In this document: positions 39,430-49,613 of the stretch, one piece after another | How the letters are laid out: every line of letters starts with the position of its first letter | Position numbering within the stretch: the first letter of the stretch is position 1 | NCBI GenBank assembly: GCA_965112155.1 | Contig: OZ218104.1 | Source of the DNA: Podarcis liolepis | Taxonomy: Eukaryota | Length of the DNA: 64,000 nt | Strand: one strand, 5' to 3' | The notes under the pieces: generated by a model | What the model was told of the DNA's origin: nothing | The model's input: the letters and a program-made list of their open reading frames with translations, nothing else | Database searches by the model: none | Position numbers and translations under genes: made by a program

Positions 39430-39830
39430 ATTTTTAAAGAAGCAGGAAACCCTCACAAGAGGCACGGCCATTAAAAGCAGAACCTCTTTTATACCTGTGA
39501 CTCGTTGCAACTGCAATTAAAAACATTCCAATAATAAATCAGGGCCATATCGCCTTTAAGGCTTTTAACTTTTCATCCAAGTTCAAACTGGCTTCCCCCA
39601 AAAAATGTGCCAAGACTTTCACAACGTGTTTTTATGGACTCATAAATAAATATGACAATTCGTCTGAGCTGTATTTCCTTCATATTTGATGACAATGTAT
39701 TATGACATTCATTCATTTGGTGTGCAAAAAACCCCTCTAATGCACTTAAAATCAGATTTCAAACTAAATGTTTTATGGGGAAATATTCTATTGATCATCC
39801 ATTTAAAGATAGTGGGAGGGTGATTCATAA
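39430..39830. promoter_or_regulatory. Candidate conserved non-coding element
   Basis: Repeat-free. Motifs include GGCCATTAAA, CAATTAAA, ATAAATCA, TTTATGG and several TGACA (TALE-type) sites. Confidence 0.45.
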
Positions 39831-39841
39831 CCAGCTGTTTG

Positions 39842-39877
<36 letters not shown>

Positions 39878-41015
39878 GAGGCATTCAGACCATGATTCTT
39901 AGAATGGTGCATGTCAGAAAATCCTAAATGGAAGATCAACCGATACAATTATTGCTGCTCTTATATTTTTGCATTCACCATTTAGAATTTATTTCTCCAA
40001 TCCTTTTCAATTCTCTGGTTTTTAAAATGCAGGTTAGATAGGTGGGAAATAAAAGATACATTTCTTCTCCCTGATGAAGCTGAAATATAATGCATTAGTT
40101 GCTTATTTATGGAAACATATCCATCATAATCAATTTTACAATTCACATAAACTAGCAACGTGGATGGCTGGGATCAATCAGAGAAAGCATGTCTAATAAT
40201 TCACTTGAGAACATGAGAATATGCGAAGAGCCCTGCTGGATCAGAGCTACATCTCACTCTGAACCCACTTTCCCTCAATGTCTAACCAGATGCCTACAGG
40301 AAGCCCACAAGCAGGATCTGAAGGTTATAGCTGTCTCCCACTGTGCCTGTACATTGTTATAGGATTGGGTGGTTGGCATGGATGATGCCTGTGGGTCTCA
40401 GTGCTGACATCCAGTGAAAGGTGAGCTTTGTTCAACGTAGGAGACTTTAATCCCATTCAAGCAGGATCGGAACCAGTCACCTTTGTATGGTGGATTTTTG
40501 AAGGTTATTTATTTTTTGCAGGCATCTTAGGAGGTCATAGAAGGCACACCAACACCCGAAGGCACCACATTGGCAATCCTTGACATAATGTAATATGAGG
40601 AATTGCTTTGGAGGGAAAGCACTGAAGACAGTACACAAACATAGTCCATCTATGGGAGGAAAAATACCAAGGTGTGTGTGATTTGTTTAGCAAATCACTG
40701 AGACCCCCTTCAAGCATTTCCATGCAATCTCTATCATTTCATATATGAACAAATATAAGGATTACTGCTCAAAACTTAATTTCACAGACTCATTATGGAA
40801 TGTGAGACATGAGAATGAAGTGTGTCACCAAGCATCCAGGGAATCCTGGTCGCAGTCTACCCTAATGCCTCTTGAATTAAGGAGCAGGTTACACCACATT
40901 TGCCAATGAAAAGCAACAAGTATGAATCAAGCTAACCTCCACTTAACTTCTTCACAGTCTAACAATATCGATCCAGGAACCACCATTTTGGGGGAAAGTA
41001 GGAAGTTGCCTTATA

Positions 41016-41257
41016 CAGTGGTACCTCAGGTTAAGAACTTAATTCATTCCGGAGTTCTGCTCTTAACCTGAAATTGTACTTAACCTGAGGTACCACGTTA
41101 GCTAATGGGGCCTCCTGCTGCCGCCACACCGTCGTCGTGCGATTTCTGTTCTCATCCTGAAGCAAAGTTCTTAACCCAAGGTACTACTTCTGGGTTAGAG
41201 GAGCCTGTAACCTGAACCATCTGTAACCTGAAGCATCTGTAACCCGAGGTACCACTG
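41016..41257 (+). mobile_element. Tc1/mariner (Tigger/pogo-like) MITE
   Basis: TIR CAGTGGTACCTC(A/G)GGTTA with TA target duplication on both sides. Confidence 0.9.
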
Positions 41258-41541
41258 TACTGTCCATCAAGCTCATGCAGAAGAGCAGTAATCCAGGAGA
41301 AGAGCATGTCCTTTGCATGCAGATACATTCCAGGTTCAATACCTGACATCTCCAGAGAGGACTGAGAAATACGCTGGAGATCTGCAGCAATGACCAATGG
41401 CCTGACTTGAAATAAAGCAGTTTCCTCTCCCCAGTTCTTTCCTGTTCTAGCTGCATATTTGGGGATAGGACTCTACCACTGAACTACCACCCTCCTTTTG
41501 TAAATTTCTGTGTAGTTGCAGCATCATTTATGACATGCTAG

Positions 41542-41543
41542 CA

Positions 41544-41598
<55 letters not shown>
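41542..41598 (+). repeat. (AAAG)n microsatellite
   Basis: Read directly. Confidence 0.95.
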
Positions 41599-41959
41599 CC
41601 GCACACACTTAGAGGGGTTCTTTTGTCATGCAGTGTTTGGGAATAAGTTATTACACACAGCATTCCCATAAATAAAACAGAATTTAATGTACTATCCCAC
41701 TGATAACAGGAGCTGACAATAGCCCTGTTAGTGTCTCTTCTATTTGGGGCGTGTGCCATAAAGTGACGGGCTTGAGGAAAGTGGGAGCTTTTTATATTTG
41801 GCTGGAGGAAGGAAATAATTATTGCCAAACTGTACTGAGAAGAGCATGGTGGATTCTTCAAAAGCAAGCTAGAGGAGGAAGGGGAGTGAGAATGTAAGAG
41901 GAGCCCTGCTAGATCAATCTAGGGATCAACCTATGACCACAAGCACAACATACGCACAA

Positions 41960-42481
41960 CGTATTTTGCACCCCATAGGACACTCCGGCCCATAGGACGC
42001 ACCTAGTTTTTTTTTTGGGGGGGGAAATAAAGAAAAAAAAATATTCCCCCCCCCAGATGCGGGGCTGGAAGAACCAGGTCGGGGAACAGTGGGAAGGCAC
42101 GCTCTGCCTCCCCGCTGTCCCCCGAGCTTGTGGGGCTGGCGATGGGGAGAAGTGCGCTGATCCCGGGACTGCAGGCAGCTCTGCGCCGCCATCCGGAGCG
42201 GGGCGGGACTTAGCGCCCCGCTCCCGGTGGCTGCGCAGAGCTGCGCTGATCCCGGGACTGCAGGCAGCTCTGCGTGGCCATCAGGAGCGGGGCGGGGCTT
42301 TGCCCCCGGCTCCCGGTGGCCGCGCAGAGCTGCGCTGATACCGGGACGGCAGGCAGCTCTGCGCCGCCATCGGGAGCGGGGCGGCGCTTCGCCCCCAGCT
42401 CCCGGTGGCCGCCCAGAGCTGCGCTGATCCCGGGACAGCAGGCAGCTCTGCGCCGCCATCGGGAGCGGGGCGGGACTTAGC
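41960..42481 (+). mobile_element. Truncated DNA transposon (Tc2/pogo-like end) carrying a GC-rich 89-bp tandem repeat
   Basis: cgtattttgc..cccataggac x2 subterminal motif. Repeat units start at 42153, 42242, 42331 and 42420 (about 3.7 copies). No right TIR; followed by an L2 fragment. Confidence 0.65.
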
Positions 42482-43095
42482 CAGACTCTGCAATCATCAT
42501 CTGAGGCCCTTCTTCATGTGCCTCATCAATGAGATGTCCAGAGGGTGGGAACACAAGAATGGGCCTTCTCTGTAGTGGCTTCCCATTTATGAAATGCTCT
42601 CCCCAGGGAGTTGTATCTGGTGCCTTCATTATACATATTTAGGCACCAGGCTCAAACGTTCCTCTTCAACCAAGCCTTGGGCTGATTAATATTCTACAGC
42701 CTTTTAAATGTATTGTTGCAGGGGTGCAACTATAGAAAACTCTACCAGTTAGTGGCAATTATAACTGCTGACGTGCAGTGGGCCAAGCCCTCTTCTCATC
42801 ATCATCTGCAACTTCACTTTAGAAAGAAGTGTGCTTCACATTGTGTGATTATTCCTAGAGCAGTCCTAAAGCGAGTGGGGCAAAACCTATTACAGAATCC
42901 AAGGATGTGAGGAAACATACTACATTGTAGCTTGGTCTTCCCACAGAAAACAACCCATCCCAACACTTTGCAACAGAGTTCAGCTCTTAAGCAAACTGGT
43001 CCATTTGCCTGTATGTACTCTGGGAACAGATGAGTTCCTTTTAAATCAGATTACCCCCATTCTGTACCATAGAAATCTCTGTGCAGCTTTAATTA

Positions 43096-43097
<2 letters not shown>

Positions 43098-43147
<50 letters not shown>
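43098..43147 (+). repeat. (TTG)n microsatellite
   Basis: Read directly. Confidence 0.95.
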
Positions 43148-43340
43148 AATACTACTACTACTATTTACCTACCCTTCACCCTAAGGTCCCAGGGTGGGTC
43201 ACAACAATTAAAACACAATGTTAAAGACAGTTTAAAACAATTTACAATAACAGAAATAAGGTAGGTAGTTTAAAGGGGTGTTTTCATGCTATTGAAAGTG
43301 TTCTATTGAACACATATACCCTGCCATGGGATCTTGTGGT

Positions 43341-44109
43341 TGTGGGATGTAATCCACTGGGAGCAGTCAAGTACAACATAGCTTGTTTTGCTAGAGTGGA
43401 CATGCAAGGGAATATTTAGTCCAGCCAGTCAAAACTTCCTGTTCCTCCTGGCCTGGAGCATCCTTCCTTGTGTGTGACTAAAAGGTGGGCGTGACCTTAC
43501 CTGACCTAACAAAAGGTCTAGTCACGTAGCTACCCCTCTCTTTTTGACCTTCCTGTTTGTCCTGCCTGCTTCCTGCACCACATGGACTGGATTACTGACT
43601 GCCAAAGCAGTTTCCCAGGTCATCTCTCATATGGGGTGAACCCAGTGGCGTAGTGTGGGGGGTGCAGGGGGGGGCGGCCGCACCGGGCGCAACATCTGGG
43701 GGTTAGGGTTAAGGGGTGCAAATCCACGGGTTAGGGGGCGCAAATTACTTGCCTTGCCCCGGGTGCTGATAACCCACGCTACGCCACTGGGTAAACCTGT
43801 TTGTACATGTTTGCAACTTACACCTAAAGCCTGCCTTTAGGGATCACACAGAAAACTACTTTCTGTTACTTATGAATTCTTTTAGGAGGGATTCAAAGGG
43901 GTCTTAACAGGAATATTAGAGTTTATCTCAATCTGGACAATCCAGATTGGATTGCTTGTTGTCTTAAAAAACTCACATGAGTTTGTAACCAGCTTTCTGC
44001 TGCATAAGAAGGGGAATGCACTCTGCTAAGTGAAGATACTTGCTAGTGCAAGTTAGGAAGGATATTCATAAACAATATATCCTCTCCTGCCACCCTCAAC
44101 ATTCCCACA
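43341..44109. mobile_element. Solo LTR
   Basis: TG...CA ends with short inverted termini (TGTGGGATGT / ACATTCCCACA) and a 5-bp TSD GTGGT (43336-43340, 44110-44114). Confidence 0.8.
43643..43789. mobile_element. 147-bp hAT-type MITE inserted in the solo LTR
   Basis: TIR CAGTGGCGTAG(T/C)GTGGG, 8-bp TSD GGTGAACC / GGTAAACC (7 of 8 match). Confidence 0.88.
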
Positions 44110-44273
44110 GTGGTGAAGTGTGAGTAGCAAACTAGAACTAGTGTTTATCTTTTTCCTTCTAATATTTCATAAAGAATGGCTTGAAAAGTACAAGCAGGGC
44201 TGGACTGAGAGTGGAAGTAGAGAAAGGGCAGTGACTTGAAGAAATCACAGCTTTCCTCTCTGAATCCAACCCA

Positions 44274-44274
<1 letters not shown>

Positions 44275-44342
<68 letters not shown>
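44275..44342 (+). repeat. (TG)n(AG)n compound microsatellite
   Basis: Read directly. Confidence 0.95.
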
Positions 44343-45200
44343 CTTCCAACTGCCGTCGAGATACACATCTTCCTGGAGTCAGGAAGACAGAAAGAAGCTT
44401 TGCAATGCTTCAATTACCAGTGTACACATTTACATGTAAATAAGTGGAGCCTTTGCTCTACAATTCAACAAACCTTATAATTATGATCTTATTATGATAT
44501 TTTCACAGCACCAGCAACAACATCTGGCGCATCAAGAAGCAAACAAGGAGAGAAATGAAATGAAGGAATTGTGTGCTTTAAATAGCTCATTCCTTAATTG
44601 GCCCGTTGGGATAATTGGAATGTATTTGCATGGCCAAGAACTCTATACCCACTGGCAATATTTTTGTGTTTATGTTAACTCTATGCAAGAGTTCGCTTTA
44701 ATTTTGTGTGGTATTTTTCTTTCCTTGTAGTGTGTGGTGTACAGAAGAAGAAGAAATAGAATGAAACCAAGGCAAAACTCCCACTGAGGTCTCTGAGGGT
44801 CATCTATTGAGAAAGTACATTTTAGCTTCCCACATTTACCAGTTATGTGGAATAAGATGGTCATGAGGTTTTCTAAAACCATACAATATGATCTTACTAC
44901 TTGGTGACATCTTTAAAAAAAAAAACCATGACTTTGAAGTGTTTGATTTAATTCACCAGGCAGTTGTAGTTTGGTGCCTGACAATGGATTACTCTGTTGG
45001 TCTGAAGCTAATGTCTTTTTTTTACATCTAAATACATATGCTGCAGTTGTCCTTATATTCCACGTGTTGTCCCAATTTTCTGGTACCAGTACTTGCTAAA
45101 ATCTTTACTATCGTTCTTTCTAATTGCAAACTCAGCTGGTCAGCGCTGACAGAAATGGAGCCAGAAAAAGCCACTGAGAAATAAGAGGGAGATGCTAGTA

Positions 45201-45425
45201 CAGTGGTACCCCAGGTTACATACGCTTCAGGTTACAGACTCCGCTAACCCAGAAATAGTACCTCGGGTTTAGAACTTTGCTTCAGGATGAGAACAGAAAT
45301 CATGTGGCGGCAGCGCGGTGGCAGCGGAAGGCCCCATTAGCTAAAGTGGTGCTTCAGGTTAAGAACAGTTTCAGGTTAAGAACGGACCTCTGGAACAAAT
45401 TAAATACATAACCAGAGGTACACTG
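45201..45425 (-). mobile_element. Tc1/mariner (Tigger/pogo-like) MITE, same family
   Basis: TA-flanked, same TIR, reverse orientation relative to 41016. Confidence 0.88.
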
Positions 45426-46333
45426 TATGCTCGTGGGAACACTGAGATTCTGTTGACAAGGAGACAAGGATTCCACAGGGCATTCCTATATGTCTCTGTG
45501 GAGAGATGTACTGCACATCCCAGGGATCCATACCATGTGTGTTCCCCCTCACCTTCCCAGCTCCCTATGAAGGATAGTTGGTAAAGTTGTACCATTGCAG
45601 TGATGCCTCTGGTTGCAATAGCTTCCTTCATGGTAGCTGCACTTCACATAAAGGCATCTGTTGGATGTGCTGATACAGAGGCTACATAACTCCACCTCTC
45701 TCTCTTGAAGATGTTGATCACATGTATAAAATTTTAACAACTCCACCCCGTCCCCCAACTCCTGGCAAAGCACAACACAGACTAATTCAGACTGCAATCC
45801 TATGCATCTTATTTGGGGTACAAGTCTCACTGAACTCCATGACACTCGCTTCCATCTGTGTAAAGCCTGTGTTGAAGATTGCGCTGCTAGTTCTTCCCAA
45901 GTGGAGTTGAACTAAATGCAACCATGTTTGGGAGGGGAAGGGGAATGAGATAGTGAAAGAATGTGCGTTGGCACATCATATACTTTGCAGCTGCTTTGGA
46001 TTTCGTGTTGACGAGAGATCAGATCAGTATGGTTTGTGGGATGAGCTGGATTGTGAGAGAATGGGATTGCCCTGATGTGTAGAGCTAGCGGGAGAAACCT
46101 TACCCACAATTTTGCATTCTTAGTGTGTTTTACAGCGATCCACATCTCTTTCATTTTTGTAGTCGGCTGATGTTACCCTAATTGGAAACCTGCATCTCAA
46201 ATGGCACAGACCACATCCTGAGCTCACATAAACAGGAGCAAGTCATTCACCAGTGGCTCATCTTGCCAATAATTGTGGTCAGTCTATTTGCTCCTGAAGG
46301 AAGCTGTGGGCTCCACATTACACAAAAGCAGTA

Positions 46334-46575
46334 CAGTGGTACCTCGGGTTAAGTACTTAATTCGTTCCGGAGGTCTGTTCTTAACATGAAACTGTTCTTA
46401 ACCTGAAGCACCACTTTAGCTAATGGGGCCTCCTGCTACCGCCGCACCGCCAGAGCACGATTTCTGTTCTCACCCTGAAGCAAAGTTCTTAACCTGAAGC
46501 ACTATTTCTGGGTTAGCGGAGTCTGTAACCTGAAGCATATGTAACCTGAAGCGTATGTAACCCAAAGTACCACTG
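46334..46575 (+). mobile_element. Tc1/mariner (Tigger/pogo-like) MITE, same family
   Basis: TA-flanked, 242 bp, colinear with 41016-41257. Confidence 0.9.
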
Positions 46576-46648
46576 TAGCCTATAGCAGCCAGTATTGCGG
46601 AACACAATGCAGAGTCTATCGCCTGATACTAGCATTGATTACCTTGAC

Positions 46649-46696
<48 letters not shown>

Positions 46697-47691
46697 TATT
46701 ATTATTATCCTGCCCTTCATGCTAATGTTGTGAGGTGGGTTGCTACAATTTAAAACAAGATGTTAAAAAAGTTTCAGGCCACGCCCGCCCCATACATTTA
46801 AAGCCTCATGATATCACTTTAAATGGTCATGGTTTCCCACAAAGAATTCTGGGAGCTGTAGTTAAGGGTGCTGACTACAGTTTTTTGTTTTTGTTTTGAG
46901 ACTGGCTATTTGTTTCTTAATTAGCACCTCCTGGATAATGTCCAGCAATGACTGTCACCCACCATTATTATTAAATTTGTGAATCTGCATCAGTGTAATG
47001 TAATTTCGCTTTTAATTTCTATCCTGCCTTTCTGCAGTACTATGGACAGGGCAGTTTACAAGCCATATTAGGAACAACAAAATATACAAGATAGATCACA
47101 TATGCTATAGCTGTCATAATTTAAATGATGACTATAAAAATATACAGCTTAAATCAATTAAAGTACTGTGGTAATACCCAACAATCCGTTTGAAATACTA
47201 CATGATCCGTCCCAGTTGAAAACCCACTTATTTTAGCACACCATGAGACATTAATGCTTTTCTGGGCTTTAGTATTGGTTATCACTGTGGCTTTAATATT
47301 TGCTTTTATTTCTTTCTGGACTTGGAACTGAGATTTGGTGCTTTTCATTTATTTCCTACCGCACCATGGTATCGCTTTGCGATGAAGGGCGGGTTAAAAA
47401 TGTTTCAAATAAATAAATAATCTCACCCCCTCGAGAGCCTTGCAGCACAATCCTATCATATTTACTCAGAAGCAAGTCCCAGTGTGCTCAGTGAGGCTCA
47501 CGCCCTAGCAAGTGCATTTAAGCTTGCGGCATTAGGTACAGTATTGGGCGTTCTTACACATTTGATTCCTGTATATGCTTGCAGTGTATACTTAAGGCAA
47601 ATTTACCATTGGATTGGAACCATCAATAAATCATAGCTGTATTTCTGTCTGTTAAATTAGTAATTGGTAGTGGTGAGAGGGAATGTAGAAA

Positions 47692-47695
<4 letters not shown>

Positions 47696-47739
<44 letters not shown>
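47696..47739 (+). repeat. (TA)n microsatellite
   Basis: Read directly. Confidence 0.95.
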
Positions 47740-47742
<3 letters not shown>

Positions 47743-48414
47743 ATGCACACATACACACACAAAGCCGCTTTTAAAATCTTGCCTTGGGTTAAAAGGTATT
47801 CTCCAAAGATGAACTGTATTTAAGCTCTCGGAGGAACCCCAGGGCCGTATCGCCAGGCTGGAGTGTCTAGGGAGACCTAAATCAAAATCTAATAATGGTT
47901 AAGATAAATGCCTTCGAGTACCATTTCAGGCTTGCTCAATCAGAGAGGCACTTCAACAGAGATATCTTTCAGAAATAAGCTACTTGGTGATATGCGTGGA
48001 TGGAAGTCTTGTTAACTCACATGTTTGCTGTTGTTTTTTGAGAGCTCCTGAGTTTTTCAGGCCAAGGGCCACATTCCTTTCTGGGTAACCTTCCAGGGGC
48101 TGCAGTGGTGGGTGTGGCCAGAGGCAAAAGTGGGTGGAGCAAGGCATTCAATTTTACTTTTGCACAATAGGCTAGTTTCCATGCACATTCATTCACCCCT
48201 CTCTGTCCTCCAACCAGGCAAGCAGGTAGCATCATCAGTGTTCAAAGACATATGCCAGCCATGCAAAAGCACTTGCAGAGGTTGCCGAGCAGGCTTGGGG
48301 AGGGACACAGTCTGGGAATAAGAAGAGGTGCAGCCAATGTAGCATTCCAGGGGCCAGGTAGAGAGTCCTAGTGGGCCACATTTAGCCTTCAGGCCTGAGG
48401 TTCCCCATCCCTGC

Positions 48415-49208
48415 TGTAATGCCCCTTCCGAGCGTCAGGAGGAGGGGGGGTTGCGGGATCACGACCCCGCCCACACTCGCTCCCGCGAGGCTGGCGCCAG
48501 CCTCGCGGGAGGCAGCAGGGTTTCCCCCAATTAGCATCCCCTGTGGCGCCAGCCAATCGGCTGGCGGCAGGGGCGGGCCTTTGTGAGGCCACTTAAGGTC
48601 GGGGCAGCCCTGGGCTCGCCCCTTTTTCCCTGGGAGACGACGCAGTTTCCCACCCACCCGCCCTCTAGGTTTTGCCACTGACCTTGCTATGGGCTTCGGC
48701 TGGTCGCCGCAAGGGGCCTGGTAGGAGTTTTTCCATCTGGCTAATTGGCTGGTTTTGTGAGCCATTTGGTTTTTTCGCCTACCTCGTAGCAAATCGTCAC
48801 AACTCCCTCGGTTTTGGCGGTAGGCATTGGCCGGGGTATTGTCATGCAGATGAGGTTGGGGGGGAGGAACGCCATCACCTCCCCCAATGCTTGAAGGGTA
48901 GTTCGTTAAAGGACTCCGAGGGGCGACGCCTCGTCCGAAACCTACGGAGGCTAGGGCCTAAAGCGCCCCCCCGAGCGGTAACCCCTCGGGGAGCGCCTAG
49001 GGATACGCATCTCGGGTAGCTCCCCCTGTGGCGTTTAACCCTTCCCGGTTAGACCGGATAGTCGGTTAGGGGCCAATGCCTAAAGCCAATACCCTTTCTT
49101 TCCTGTAATCAATAAAGTTGTGGCCATTTTCGCCCATTAACCTAAAAAACTCTGTGTCCGTTGTTTTCATTTATTCCACCTGTGGGGGGGAGGGAATAGC
49201 CACGCAAC
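48415..49208 (+). mobile_element. Young CpG-rich LTR-like or DIRS-like terminal-repeat element
   Basis: Sharp GC/CpG rise, CCAAT at 48553, GC box at 48571, and AATAAA at 49112 followed by a T/GT-rich tract. No clear TSD, so the family is unresolved. Confidence 0.5.
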
Positions 49209-49306
49209 TGAAGCAAACTTGCCTTTGAGACTCCTACACTGGTTAAACAGAGCACAACATTATCAGGTCAGACCACAGGTCCATCAAGCCAAACATATTC
49301 TAGATG

Positions 49307-49557
49307 TAGATAGGTAGCCGTGTTGGTCTGCCATAGTCAAAATAAAAAAATTTTCTTCCAGTAGCACCTTAAAGACCAACTAAGTTAGTTCTTGGTATGA
49401 GCTTTCGTGTGCATGCACACTTCTTCAGATACGACTGAAGAAGTGTGCATGCACACTTGGTATCTGAAGAAGTGTGCATGCACACGAAAGCTCATACCAA
49501 GAACTAACTTAGTTGGTCTTTAAGGTGCTACTGGAAGAAAATTTTTTTATATTTTTT
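49307..49557. mobile_element. Penelope-like element remnant forming a perfect 91-bp inverted repeat
   Basis: Arms at 49342-49432 and 49460-49550, with a 12-bp TSD ATATTCTAGATG (49295-49306, 49558-49569). ggtagccgtgttggtctg and ttagttggtctttaaggtgctac resemble reptile Penelope termini. Confidence 0.85.
49456..49501 (+). ncRNA. Minimal type I hammerhead ribozyme (Penelope-associated)
   Basis: Stem I CUUGGUAU/AUACCAAG, core CUGAAGA (49464-49470), stem II GUGUG-CAUG-CACAC, GAAA (49486-49489), palindromic AGCU stem III. Predicted cleavage after C49493. Confidence 0.75.
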
Positions 49558-49613
49558 ATATTCTAGATGGTCATCACTCTCCTGTGTCTGAGACAGGGAT
49601 CTTTCCTCTAGCC

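Noticed and set aside
41926-42493. Repetitive ORFs (MAAQSC...)
   Set aside because: Products of the 89-bp GC-rich tandem repeat.
49342-49550. Pre-miRNA interpretation of the hairpin
   Set aside because: Perfect 91-bp arms, a TSD and Penelope/hammerhead motifs explain it as a TE-derived inverted repeat. Small-RNA production is untested.
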